A DNA stretch of 64,000 nt from an uncultured delta proteobacterium (lineage in GTDB: Bacteria > Myxococcota > Myxococcia > SLRQ01): positions 1,152,001 through 1,216,000 of the forward strand of contig CAVSGM010000002.1 in the NCBI GenBank assembly GCA_963727485.1, written 5' to 3'. A program made the translations under genes and the position numbers. The stretch's first letter is position 1, and each line of letters opens with the position of its first letter. The notes beneath the pieces were generated by a model. That model saw nothing but the letters and a program-made list of their open reading frames with translations. It was not told the origin of the DNA and ran no database searches. Of the stretch, positions 8,906-17,973 are shown in pieces.

Positions 8906-10012
8906 CTAGAGGAAGTCCCCCTCGACCAGGGTCGGGTCGACGTCGGCGCCGGGCTCGGGCCGCGCCGGCGCCTCGCGGGCGATGCGCTCGTGGAGGGTCC
9001 GCAGCCGCGCCACGCAGGCCTCGAGGAGCACCGGCTCCCCGTCGGGATCGAGCCAGCCGTCGAGCTCGTCGTCGAGGCCCCGGAGCTCGGCGAGGCCGGC
9101 GAGGACGGGGTCCGGAGCCCACCGCTCCCCGGCGTCGGCGGCGGCCTCGAGGGCCGCGAGGGCCTCGGCGAGGCGCTCGCCGTCGTGGGCCCGGAGCTCG
9201 GCGCGGTGGTTCACCTGGCGCAGGAGCTGGGCGAAGGCCTCGACGTCCTGCCACAGGCGCATCCCCGCCCGGAGGACCCCTTGGGCCTCCGGGTCCTGGC
9301 GCAGCCACTCGAGGATGCGCTCCTGGAGGGAGCGGAACTGGATGCGATCGGCCACCCGCAGGTCCGGGTAGACCTCCCGGCCGGTGAGCTTGGCGATCGC
9401 GGTGGCCGTGAGACGCAGGCGCCGGATCACCGTCTCCTCGGTGGCCGGGCCGTCGCGGACCACGTCCCCGGCGAACGCGGCGTAGGTGCGCCGGGTCGCC
9501 AGCGATCCCATGAGGCCGGTCTGGTAGTAGCTGTTGTCCGAGTCGAGGCCCTCGAGCTCCGCCACCGCGTGCTCGATGGCCGAGAGGGACTTGAGGATCT
9601 CCCGGCAGGCGCTGCCGGCCTCGTCGATGATCTCCCACCGGGCGTCGTCGCCGCGGAGGGCCTCGAGGGCCTGGAGGCGGCCCCGGAGGCCGAGGCGGGC
9701 GACGAAGGCGAGGTCGGCGATGTCGTGGGCCTCGGGGCCGGCCATGCGCCGGTCCACCTCGGAGCACAGCTTGCCCGGGGCGAGCTCGGTGGGCCGCTCG
9801 CCGTCGGCCACCTGCTCGTAGTGGTCCACGGCGATGTCGAGGATCTCCAGGGACACCTGGAGGAGGCTGCGCACCTGGGCCAGGAGGCGGCCGCGATCGG
9901 CCCCGGGCTCCTCGTAGCGGGCCAGGGGCAGGGCCTGGACCTGCTTGATGGCCCCGATGAGGAACCGGTGGAACTCCGGCGGGGTGACGGTGGTGGGCTC
10001 GGCGGCGGTCAT
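8906..10012 (-). CDS. Hypothetical all-alpha protein
   Basis: 368-aa ORF with strong GC3 bias, co-oriented within the operon; no recognisable motif. Confidence 0.7.
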   Translation of the reverse strand: MTAAEPTTVTPPEFHRFLIGAIKQVQALPLARYEEPGADRGRLLAQVRSLLQVSLEILDIAVDHYEQVADGERPTELAPGKLCSEVDRRMAGPEAHDIADLAFVARLGLRGRLQALEALRGDDARWEIIDEAGSACREILKSLSAIEHAVAELEGLDSDNSYYQTGLMGSLATRRTYAAFAGDVVRDGPATEETVIRRLRLTATAIAKLTGREVYPDLRVADRIQFRSLQERILEWLRQDPEAQGVLRAGMRLWQDVEAFAQLLRQVNHRAELRAHDGERLAEALAALEAAADAGERWAPDPVLAGLAELRGLDDELDGWLDPDGEPVLLEACVARLRTLHERIAREAPARPEPGADVDPTLVEGDFL

Positions 10013-10070
10013 GGGACATCCCCCGGCGGGCCGCGCCTGCCCGGCGCGACCCGCCCGTGGCGTCCGCCTG

Positions 10071-10475
10071 CTAGAGGGCGGCCTCGATGGGACCCTGGGA
10101 GACCCGGGCCTTGGCGAGGACCATCCCGATGTTGGCGCTCTTGCGGCAGACGTAGACGATGGCGTGGTCGGGGTACTTCTTCCCCCGCATGAACACGTGG
10201 AGGAGGTTGTCGCTGTTGACGATGATCTCGGTGAAGTAGTGGTGCCCGTCGTCGGCGATGCCGCGGGTCTTCTTGAACAGCTTCTCGATGGCGGTGACGT
10301 TGGTGCCCTGGAAGAGGTCGGCGGTGGCGGCCGACACCAGGTCGAGGACCTCGGAGGGGTGGGAGTCCACGGTCTTCACCGCCAGCAGCATGCCGGTGGA
10401 CATGTCGACGTAGCCCCCCGCGACGCACTCGGGGATGCCGGCAACCTGCTCGTTCAGGGTCTTCTCAAGCGACAT
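10071..10475 (-). CDS. Roadblock/LC7-like small protein
   Basis: 134 aa; GIPECVAGGYVDMSTGMLL and ANIGMVL resemble the roadblock fold pattern; RBS GAGGAA upstream. Confidence 0.7.
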   Translation of the reverse strand: MSLEKTLNEQVAGIPECVAGGYVDMSTGMLLAVKTVDSHPSEVLDLVSAATADLFQGTNVTAIEKLFKKTRGIADDGHHYFTEIIVNSDNLLHVFMRGKKYPDHAIVYVCRKSANIGMVLAKARVSQGPIEAAL

Positions 10476-10518
10476 TCGTTGTTCCTCTCGATGATGCGGG
10501 CCCCGCCCGCCGTGGGTA

Positions 10519-11842
10519 CTAGGGACCGGCGGTCGATCCCCAGGGGTGAAGGCGTCGGTCCACGGCGGAGCCGAACGCCTGAAGGAAGCCGACCTGGGCC
10601 GGGGACTGCACCCAACGCGGCTGGATGAGACGGATGGCCTCGAGGACCTCGAGGGGCTCGCCGCCGGCGAGGATCTCCTGGGCGGCGAGCATGGTGCCGG
10701 TGCGGCCGAGGCCGGCGCGGCAGTGGTAGGCGACGACCTCTCCGGCGACGAGGCGCGCGGCCACGGACTCGCAGAAGGCCAGGGCCGCGTCGAGGTCCGG
10801 GGCGGCCATGTCGTCGATGGGGAAGAACAGCCCCTGCATCCCCCGGTCGGTGAGGGCCGTGATCGGCACCGTGGCCGTCTCCTCGAGGGTGACCAAGGTG
10901 GTGATCCCCACCTCCCGGAGGGCGTCGAGGTCGTGGTCCAGCTCGCCGACGACCCCGGGGCGCGGGGTCCCCGCGAGGACCCCCCGGCGCACCCAGTGGA
11001 AGCCCCGGGGGCCCCGGCGCCGGGCCATGGACACCACCGCCTCCGGGGGGATGGGCGTGGGGTCGGGGACCTCGGGGGCCAGGTGGGCCCTGGGGGTCCC
11101 GGGCGCCGGCAGGGCGCAGGAGCCGGTGCGCACGAAGGTCTTCGCCGCCTCGGTGCGCGGGCTGCCGAAGAAGGCCTCCGAGTCCGCGGTCTCGACGATC
11201 CGGCCCCCGGCGAGGAGGGCCACCCGGCCGCCCAGGGCCTTGGCGGTCTGCTGGTTGTGGCTGACCACCAGCACCGGACGGCGGGTCGCCTCGTCCCGGA
11301 GGAGGGCCGCCAGGGCGTCGCGGCTGGGCTCGTCGAGGCCCGAGCAGGGCTCGTCCACGCAGAGGAGGCCCGCGCCCGCCAGGGCGGTGCGCAGGATCGC
11401 CACCTGGCGCTGGAGCAGCATGGGCAGGCCCACGACCTCCTCGTCGAGGCGGGGCAGGAGCCGGACCAGACCCCGGGACGAGAGGATGCGGCTGACGCGC
11501 TGGCGCTGGGCGGCGGGGGTGAGGGCGGCCCGGTCGGCCATCCCCAGCACCAGGTTCTCGGCGACGGTGGCCATGACCAGCTCGGCCTTCTGGGCCACCA
11601 GGTCCGGCCGGGGACCGGTGCCCAGGGGCCGGCCGCGGTACTCGGCCTGGCCCCAGGTGCGCATCGCCGGCTGGGCGTCGTTGGCGCCGGCGAGGGTGCG
11701 CACCAGGGTCGACTTGCCGACCCCGCCCGGGCCCATGAGCACGGTGATCCCCGGGCCCCGGATACTCGAGATCCACCTCCGCGAGGATCACCCGGTCGCC
11801 GAAGGCCACCCCGAAGCCGGTGAGGGTGAGCACCGGGCTCAT
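10519..11842 (-). CDS. ABC ATPase fused to a dual-specificity protein phosphatase (one frameshift near 11764)
   Basis: MSPVLTLTGFGVAFGDRVIL start at 11842; Walker A GPGGVGKST, Walker B LLCVDEP, H-loop SHN; C-terminal FPIDDMAAP and HCRAGLGRT (CX5R). Removing one base at 11764 joins the frames. Confidence 0.85.
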
Positions 11843-12711
11843 GCGGGCCCTCCCTGGCCCTCGAGGAGGGTCTCTGCCTGGGCGCCGGCGTGGCGGGTGA
11901 GGCAGGCGGTGTCGCCGGCGACGCGGCACAGCCAGGTCCCGCCGTCGTGGGCGAGGACCATGGTCCGCGGCTCGATGCCCTGGACCACCAGGCTCGGGGG
12001 CCGCGCCAGGGGCCCGACGCTCCGGGCGATGCGGGCGATCTCCGAGAGCTCCATCCCCTCGAACCCCTGGAAGCGCAGGGGCAGCGGGGTCGCCTGGGCG
12101 TCCCGGTCCACCCAGACCAGCATCGCCACCTCGGCGAGGTCCCGGACCCGCTCGTAGTGAGCGACCGCCGGGCCCGCCGGGGCGGGCAGGGCGTGGGTGA
12201 CGACGCGCCGGTAGAGGGCCTCCGGAGAGAAGGCGAGGCCCACCCCCCGGGCCTTCTCCAAGGGCTTGAAGGGCATCACCAGGCGGCGCCCCAGGGTACG
12301 GCCGGCGAGCTCCAGGAGCTGGCGGCAGAGCACCTGCTCCAGGGCGGCGCGCACCACCTCCAGGTGGCGGCCGCCGGCGTCGGCGAGGACCGCCTCCAGG
12401 GGGCGGCCCCCGGTACGGGCGGCGTAGACCGCCGTCCGGAGGACGTCGAGGGTCGGCGGGCTCCACCGGCGCAGGAGGTCGTGGACCGCCCCGTCGTCGC
12501 CGGCGCCCCGGACCAGGTGGAGGCGCCCGTCCTGGACCACCATCGAGGCCAGGGGGGTGCCGCTCTCGGCGTCACAGACCTGGAGCTCCCCGCTCTCGGT
12601 GGCCCGACCGGCGACGGCGAGGAGGGCGAGCACCCGGCCGACCCGCCGGCGGGCGGCGGGGACGCCTTCCACCTCGGCATCGTCAATCTCATGGGGTTCG
12701 CGGGGATCCAT
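11839..12711 (-). CDS. Hypothetical protein with PATAN/DUF4388-like N-terminus
   Basis: ATESGELQV...SMVVQDGRLHLV resembles the DUF4388 strand pattern; stop overlaps the next start (ATGA). Confidence 0.55.
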   Translation of the reverse strand: MDPREPHEIDDAEVEGVPAARRRVGRVLALLAVAGRATESGELQVCDAESGTPLASMVVQDGRLHLVRGAGDDGAVHDLLRRWSPPTLDVLRTAVYAARTGGRPLEAVLADAGGRHLEVVRAALEQVLCRQLLELAGRTLGRRLVMPFKPLEKARGVGLAFSPEALYRRVVTHALPAPAGPAVAHYERVRDLAEVAMLVWVDRDAQATPLPLRFQGFEGMELSEIARIARSVGPLARPPSLVVQGIEPRTMVLAHDGGTWLCRVAGDTACLTRHAGAQAETLLEGQGGPA

Positions 12712-12874
12712 CCGTCAAGGGTCGAGCCTAGGGGGGTGTGACGGACCGGTGACAGGTCACTTGGCGCCCGGATCCTGCTCGGATCCTGATCAGTCGCTGC
12801 CCGCGGGGGTGGACAGGCCCCGGGCAGCACCCGGCCTTTCGGGCGTCCGCCCCGGCTCCCTACCCTGGTCGTCG

Positions 12875-12964
12875 ATGCGCACCCCCCTGATGGAGACCGT
12901 CGCCCTGCTGCTCCTCACCGTCGCCGGCGTGGCCGTGGCCGCCTCGGTCCTCCTGGTCCCATGA
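12875..12964 (+). CDS. Possible small single-TM peptide
   Basis: MRTPLMETVALLLLTVAGVAVAASVLLVP; stop overlaps the globin ATG (ATGA). Confidence 0.4.
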   Translation: MRTPLMETVALLLLTVAGVAVAASVLLVP

Positions 12965-13542
12965 GCCGCCGGGTGAGACGCCGGGACGGGCCCCTGCGCG
13001 CGAGGCCGGAGGTGTGGCGGTCGCTGGACGACGGGGCGCGTCTGCGCGCGGGCCTCGAGCACTTCTACGCCCGGGTCTTCGAGGATCCGGCGCTGGCGCC
13101 CTTCTTCACCGAGACCGGGGTGACCCGCCGCCACGTGGTGGACAAGCAGTTCAACTTCCTCCGGGACCTGCTCACCGGCGACGGGAGCTACTTCGGCAAC
13201 CGCCCCCGCAACGCCCACCACTGGATGATCATCTCCGAGGCCCTCTTCGACCACCGGGAGGCCCTCCTCCAGGACTCCCTGGCCGCCTGTGGGGTGCCGC
13301 CCCTGGCCCGGGACGCCATCCGGGAGATCGACGAGGTCTTCCGCAAGCAGATCGTCAAGGATCGGCCCATCCCCCGGCGCATGGGCGGGATCACCTTCCC
13401 CCTCGACGGCGTGGAGGAGATGGAGATGCCGCTGGGGACGGTCTGCGACGCCTGCGGAGATGCGGTCGAGGCCGGGGACCGGGTCCGCTACCACGTCCGC
13501 ACCGGGCGCACCTGGTGCCTCGGCTGCGCCCCCGCCCCCTAG
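12961..13542 (+). CDS. Group I truncated hemoglobin with C-terminal CxxC...CxxC zinc-finger-like domain
   Basis: FYARVFEDPALAPFF, KQFNFL, AHHWMIISEALFD; tail VCDACG...WCLGC. Confidence 0.8.
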   Translation: MSRRVRRRDGPLRARPEVWRSLDDGARLRAGLEHFYARVFEDPALAPFFTETGVTRRHVVDKQFNFLRDLLTGDGSYFGNRPRNAHHWMIISEALFDHREALLQDSLAACGVPPLARDAIREIDEVFRKQIVKDRPIPRRMGGITFPLDGVEEMEMPLGTVCDACGDAVEAGDRVRYHVRTGRTWCLGCAPAP

Positions 13543-13550
13543 GAGGCTCC

Positions 13551-13787
13551 ATGGCCCGCATCGGCCCCATCCGCATCGAGCTCGACCCCGGCCGCTACCA
13601 CTGGTGCGCCTGCGGCACCTGCCCCGACGCGCCCCTCTCGGACGGCGCCTGCGCCGGCGACCGGCCCGCCGTCCCCTTCGAGCTCACCGAGCCCACGCGA
13701 ATCCGACTCTGCCGCTGCCGCCACACCTCGAACCCTCCCTACTGCGATGGCAGCCACTACCAGGTGGCGGAGGATGAAGCGGGATAG
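13551..13787 (+). CDS. CDGSH iron-sulfur domain protein
   Basis: AGGAGG RBS; LCRCRHTSNPPYCDGSH canonical motif plus variant WCACGTCPDAPLSDGAC. Confidence 0.85.
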   Translation: MARIGPIRIELDPGRYHWCACGTCPDAPLSDGACAGDRPAVPFELTEPTRIRLCRCRHTSNPPYCDGSHYQVAEDEAG

Positions 13788-14157
13788 CTCGGAGCAGCTC
13801 GTCGACTGCGAAGCGGGGCGGCGGATGGGGTGCGCCACCTTCTGCTGCCGGCTCATCGTCCGCTATGACCCCGGGGAGGTGGTGCGTTCCCCGGAGGGGG
13901 TGCGCAAGCACTGCGTGGACAAGGACCCGGACACGGGCCTCTGCGTGAACCTCGACGCAGCGACCGGGCGCTGCCGCATCTGGGAGCGGCGGCCTTCGGT
14001 GTGCCGGGCCTACGACTGCAACGCCGACCCCAGCCTCCAGGTGGTGCTCCGGGAGGGGTTCCGGTCGCTCGTGGCGCTGGCGTTGTCGCCGACGGTGGTG
14101 CCCCGGGATCGGTGGATCCCGGTGCCCACCCTGGACGGCGACGACGACCCTTGCTAG
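13774..14157 (+). CDS. YkgJ-family cysteine-cluster protein
   Basis: C...GCATFCC, CVNLD...CRIWERRPSVCRAYDC. Confidence 0.8.
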   Translation: MKRDSSEQLVDCEAGRRMGCATFCCRLIVRYDPGEVVRSPEGVRKHCVDKDPDTGLCVNLDAATGRCRIWERRPSVCRAYDCNADPSLQVVLREGFRSLVALALSPTVVPRDRWIPVPTLDGDDDPC

Positions 14158-16107
14158 GCGGCCTCGGTCTTCTTGGCGCCGGAACCGGCGGCCTTGCTCG
14201 CCGCGGGGGCCTTGGCCGGGGCCTCCACCGGCTCGCTGGTGTTCTTCTCGGCGAGCTCGGCGAGGATCCGGTCGCCGGTGTGGACGATCTGGTCCCAGTT
14301 GTAGCGGATCCGCGGCTCGCACCGCTCCATCCACCGCGCGGCGAGGGCCCGGCGCTCGGGGTGCTTCTTCGCCTGCTCGACCAGGATCTCGGCGGCCTTC
14401 ACGTCGAAGAGGATCTTGGTGAGCTTCTCGGCGTGGAGCAGCCCGTAGGAGAAGTCGCGCTTGGGGTCCCAGTCCTTGAGGAAGGTGTCCACGAACTTGG
14501 GCAGGGGCCCGGCCATGGCCACCGACCACTTGTCCTTGGCGATCTTGAGGAGCAGGTGCTGCATCGCCGACCAGGCCAGGGTCTCGAGGCCGAAGTACTT
14601 GCGCTCGAGCTCGTCGCCAGCCCGCAGGGCGCCGACCTTGGCGGCGGCGAGCTTGCGCAGGAAGCGCTGGGGCTTCTTGATGGCGCCGGTGAGGTTGTCC
14701 TTGAGGACCATCAGCGACTGGATCTGGCTGGTGCCCTCGTAGACCGGCATCACCAGGGCGTCCCGGAGCAGCTTCTCCGCCGGGTAGTCCTGCATGTAGC
14801 CGTTGCCGCCGAGGATCTGCATCGCCATCCGGCTCATGGCCACCGCCTGCTCGGCGCCCTGGTACTTGAGCAGGGGGGTGAGCTCCCGGGCCCGGCGGCG
14901 GTGGCGGCTGACCTGCTTGCGGATCTCGGTGGCGCCGCCGGCCTGGCTGGGGATGCGCTGGAGGTACTCGAGGCGGGTGGCCATCTCCTCGTGGAACGCC
15001 GCCTCGACGGCGACCGCGCGCATGGCCTTGATGGTGACGTCCATCTCGTCGAGGTAGTCGTAGATCATCTCGTGGCGGGCGATGGGCTTGCCCATGGACC
15101 AGCGCTCCTCGGCGTAGTCCTTGGCCACCCGGTAGGCGGCCTCGCAGGTGCCGATGGCCTCGAAGCCCACGCCGATGCGGGCGTTGTTCATCAGGAGGAG
15201 CATCAGGTGGAAGCCGTCGCCCTCCTTGCCCACCAGCTCGCCCACCGAGTCCTCGAACTGGAGCGAGCAGGTCGGTGAACCGTGGTGCCCGATCTTCTCC
15301 TCGACCCGGTCGACGTAGAAGTTCTGGACCGTCTCGCCGTCCTTCTCCAGGGTCATGGGGACCATGAACAGGCTGATGGCGGAGAGGTCCTCCTTGTCCT
15401 CGGTCTTGGCCAGCACGAAGTGGTACTTCCCGTGGCCCGAGGTGATGAAGATCTTGTTGCCGGTGATGCGCCAGGTGCCGTCGTCGGCCTTGACCGCCTT
15501 GGTGCGCAGGGCCGCCAGGTCGGAGCCCGCCCCCGGCTCGGTGAGATCCATGGAGCCCCAGGTCTTGCCCTCGAGGATCTCGGCGATCTCCTTCTCCCAG
15601 CGGGTCGAGGTGATCTGCCCGTTCTCGTCGAAGACCGTGGAGCCCTCGCGCAGGGAGTACTGGAGCATGGTGGTGGCGATGCCCACGTGGAAGCCGAAGT
15701 GGGTCATCACCGAGGCGTCGGCGCGGCTGACCACCTCGCACAGCAGGAAGTAGAGGAGCATCGGGGCGTTCATCCCGCCGAGCTCCCGGGGCAGGGTCAG
15801 TCCCGTGGACGCCCATCTCGGTGAGCTGCTGGAAGATGGCGTCGAAGGCCGGCGCCGTCTTCACCACCCCGTCCTTCAGGGTGGTGCCCGTGTGGTCGAT
15901 CTCCGCGGACTTGGGGGCCACCTCCTCGGCGACGAAGCCCCCGAGGAGCTCGAGGATGTCCTTGTAGGTCTCCAGGGCCTCCTGCCAGGTCTTCGGCGCG
16001 TCGACGGCGGTGTAGTGCCGCTCCACGGTGTCGACGAGGGTGGACCAGTCGACGACGTGGTCCACGTAGAACTGGAGGTCTTCGTTGTCGCGGAAGAAGT
16101 TGGCCAT
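14154..16107 (-). CDS. Acyl-CoA dehydrogenase (frameshift near 15801)
   Basis: MDLTEPGAGSD, GNKIFITSG, QILGGNGY, VYEGTSQIQ; the N-terminal MANFFRDNED frame joins after removing one base (HG-LTLPRELGG). Confidence 0.88.
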
Positions 16108-16181
16108 GGCGGAGCTCCTGGGACGTATTCGGGTTCCCGGCCTTGTAGCGGGCCGAGGTGCGTGCCTGATCTATAGGCCGA

Positions 16182-16219
16182 TGACACGTCGCGTCAACGA
16201 AGAAGTGACTGAGCCGTCA
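16182..16219. promoter_or_regulatory. Two TGAC-Nn-GTCA palindromes upstream of the acyl-CoA dehydrogenase, overlapping a TTGACG -35-like box
   Basis: TGACACGTCGCGTCA (16182-16196) and TGACTGAGCCGTCA (16206-16219). Confidence 0.4.
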
Positions 16220-16288
16220 TTCGGTGACGGCGCGGACGGCCAGACCCAGGGAAAGCCCCCATGGCGCCCCCGCCCGTCGCCCGCCGGC

Positions 16289-17362
16289 CTAGAACGGATC
16301 GCCGTGGGGATAGAGGTGCGCCACCTGCTCGGCGTACCCGTTGTAGAGCTGGGTCTTCACCGAGCGCCCCTCGCCCAGGAGCCGCTCGGTCGCCTGGGAC
16401 CACCTTTGGTGGGTGCTCTTGGGATCCACGTTCGAGTAGAAGCCGTACTCGCTGGGGACGGTGTGGTGCCAGAAGGTGTCCGGCTGCGCGTCGATGAGCT
16501 CGATCTCCTGGATGAGCTTGGGGCTCTTGTACCCGTACTTCCAGGGCACGGCGAGGCGCACCGGCGCCCCGTTCTGCTTGGGCACGGGCTTCCCGTAGAG
16601 GCCGGTGACCACCAGGGTCAGCGGGTGCATCGCCTCGTCCAGCCGCAGGCCCTCGTAGTAGGGCCAGGGGTACCAGGGCTGCGTGGAGACCCCGGGCATC
16701 TGCCCCGGCCGCACGATGCTCTTGAACCGGACGAACTTCGCCTTGGAGAGCGGCTTCACCTTCGCCAGCAGCTTGTGCAGGGGGAAGCCGGTCCAGGGGA
16801 CGGTCATCGCCCAGGCCTCCACGCAGCGGTGGCGGTAGATGCGCTCCTCCTGGTCGAAGCCCTTGATGAGGTCGTCGAGGTCGAAGGTCTTCGGCCTCTC
16901 GCAGAGCCCGTGGACCCGGATGGTCCAGGGGATGGGCAGGTAGGTGTCGACCAGGGTGTGCACCACCTCCTTGGCGGTGGTGAACTCGTAGAAGTTGTTG
17001 TAGCCCTCGGCCCGCTTCCGGGCGGTGAGCGGGCGCTCCTTCACCTTGTAGTGGGCGTTGCGCTTCGCCGGCCACACGTGGGGGTACCTCCCCTGCATCA
17101 GGCGCTGGTAGACCGGGCTCGGCCCGGCGCCCCGGGCCACCGCCGCGGCCACCGTGTTCTCCGGCTTGGTGGCCCCCTGCATCGCCGCCTTCGCCGCCGG
17201 CTCCCCGGCGCGCGCCGCGGCCTCCCACAGCGCCGCCGGAGCCGCCGCCGCCCCTGCGGCGACCAGCGCCGCCTTCAGGAACCGGCGGCGCTCGAGGTAG
17301 ACGTCCTCGGGGGTCGGGGCGCGACTGGCGCGGTCCCAGGGCTTCGGGCGCTTGACGTACAT
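16289..17362 (-). CDS. msrP: Protein-methionine-sulfoxide reductase catalytic subunit MsrP (YedY)
   Basis: Tat signal RRRFLK, YNNFYEF, RHRCVEAW, QNGAPVRLAVPWKYGYKS. Confidence 0.93.
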   Translation of the reverse strand: MYVKRPKPWDRASRAPTPEDVYLERRRFLKAALVAAGAAAAPAALWEAAARAGEPAAKAAMQGATKPENTVAAAVARGAGPSPVYQRLMQGRYPHVWPAKRNAHYKVKERPLTARKRAEGYNNFYEFTTAKEVVHTLVDTYLPIPWTIRVHGLCERPKTFDLDDLIKGFDQEERIYRHRCVEAWAMTVPWTGFPLHKLLAKVKPLSKAKFVRFKSIVRPGQMPGVSTQPWYPWPYYEGLRLDEAMHPLTLVVTGLYGKPVPKQNGAPVRLAVPWKYGYKSPKLIQEIELIDAQPDTFWHHTVPSEYGFYSNVDPKSTHQRWSQATERLLGEGRSVKTQLYNGYAEQVAHLYPHGDPF

Positions 17363-17454
17363 GGTGCCTCCTCCGTCGGGGACCGGCGGGACCCCTGAAG
17401 GCCTTCGCCGGCTCCGGCGCGGTGGTTTCGCGCCGGAGGGACACCATGGGCCGG

Positions 17455-17973
17455 CTAGGGCGAGACCACCAGCGGCCGCTGGCCGATCTCGGTGACCACC
17501 AGGGTGTAGGTCCCGGCGTCGAGGCCGGGGATCGTGGCGGTGACCGGCAGCGAGCGGACGATCATCCCGCACATGGTCCCCGGCGGGACGGTCTTGTGGG
17601 TCCAGGCGACGGTGACGGTCTGGCCCTTCGTCGTGACCTTCACCGAGGCGACGCCCTCGCAGGTGTTGCGAAACAGGACCGGGCCGGCGGCGACCTGGAT
17701 GGGCTGGTGGGCCTTGGGGTGGGCCGGGTAGAGGGTGATCCGGTTGACCGTGTCGCCCTCGCCCTTGGGGATGGCGGCGCGGTCGGGGTCGGTGATGGGG
17801 GGCTTGGGCGCGGCGGCCGGCTTCGGGGCGGCGGCGGGCTTCGGCGCCGGCGCCGGCGTGGGAGGGGCGGCCGGGGCGGTCGCGGCGTCGGTCCCGCCGG
17901 CGGCGGGGTGCTGGCACCCGGCGAGGGCGACGAGGGCGGCGGCGAGGACGAGGGCGGCGGGGACGGATTGCAT
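17455..17973 (-). CDS. Lipoprotein with Pro/Ala-rich linker
   Basis: Lipobox LAGC, PKPAAA repeats, small beta domain with a Cys pair. Confidence 0.65.
   Translation of the reverse strand: MQSVPAALVLAAALVALAGCQHPAAGGTDAATAPAAPPTPAPAPKPAAAPKPAAAPKPPITDPDRAAIPKGEGDTVNRITLYPAHPKAHQPIQVAAGPVLFRNTCEGVASVKVTTKGQTVTVAWTHKTVPPGTMCGMIVRSLPVTATIPGLDAGTYTLVVTEIGQRPLVVSP

Noticed and set aside
3884..10192. 2102-aa plus-strand ORF, and similar giants such as 35766-39362 and 21795-24908
   Set aside because: Antisense shadow frames of real genes in high-GC DNA; no motifs, and the opposite strand has recognisable proteins
12761..12779. sigma54-like TTGGCGCCCGGATCCTGCT
   Set aside because: GG-to-GC spacing is 2 nt too long
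12806..12853. GC-rich stem-loop upstream of the globin operon as an ncRNA
   Set aside because: Such pairing is expected by chance at this GC content; no known motif
15790..15810. Programmed ribosomal frameshifting at the broken genes
   Set aside because: No slippery heptamers; several unrelated housekeeping genes are affected, which favours sequencing error
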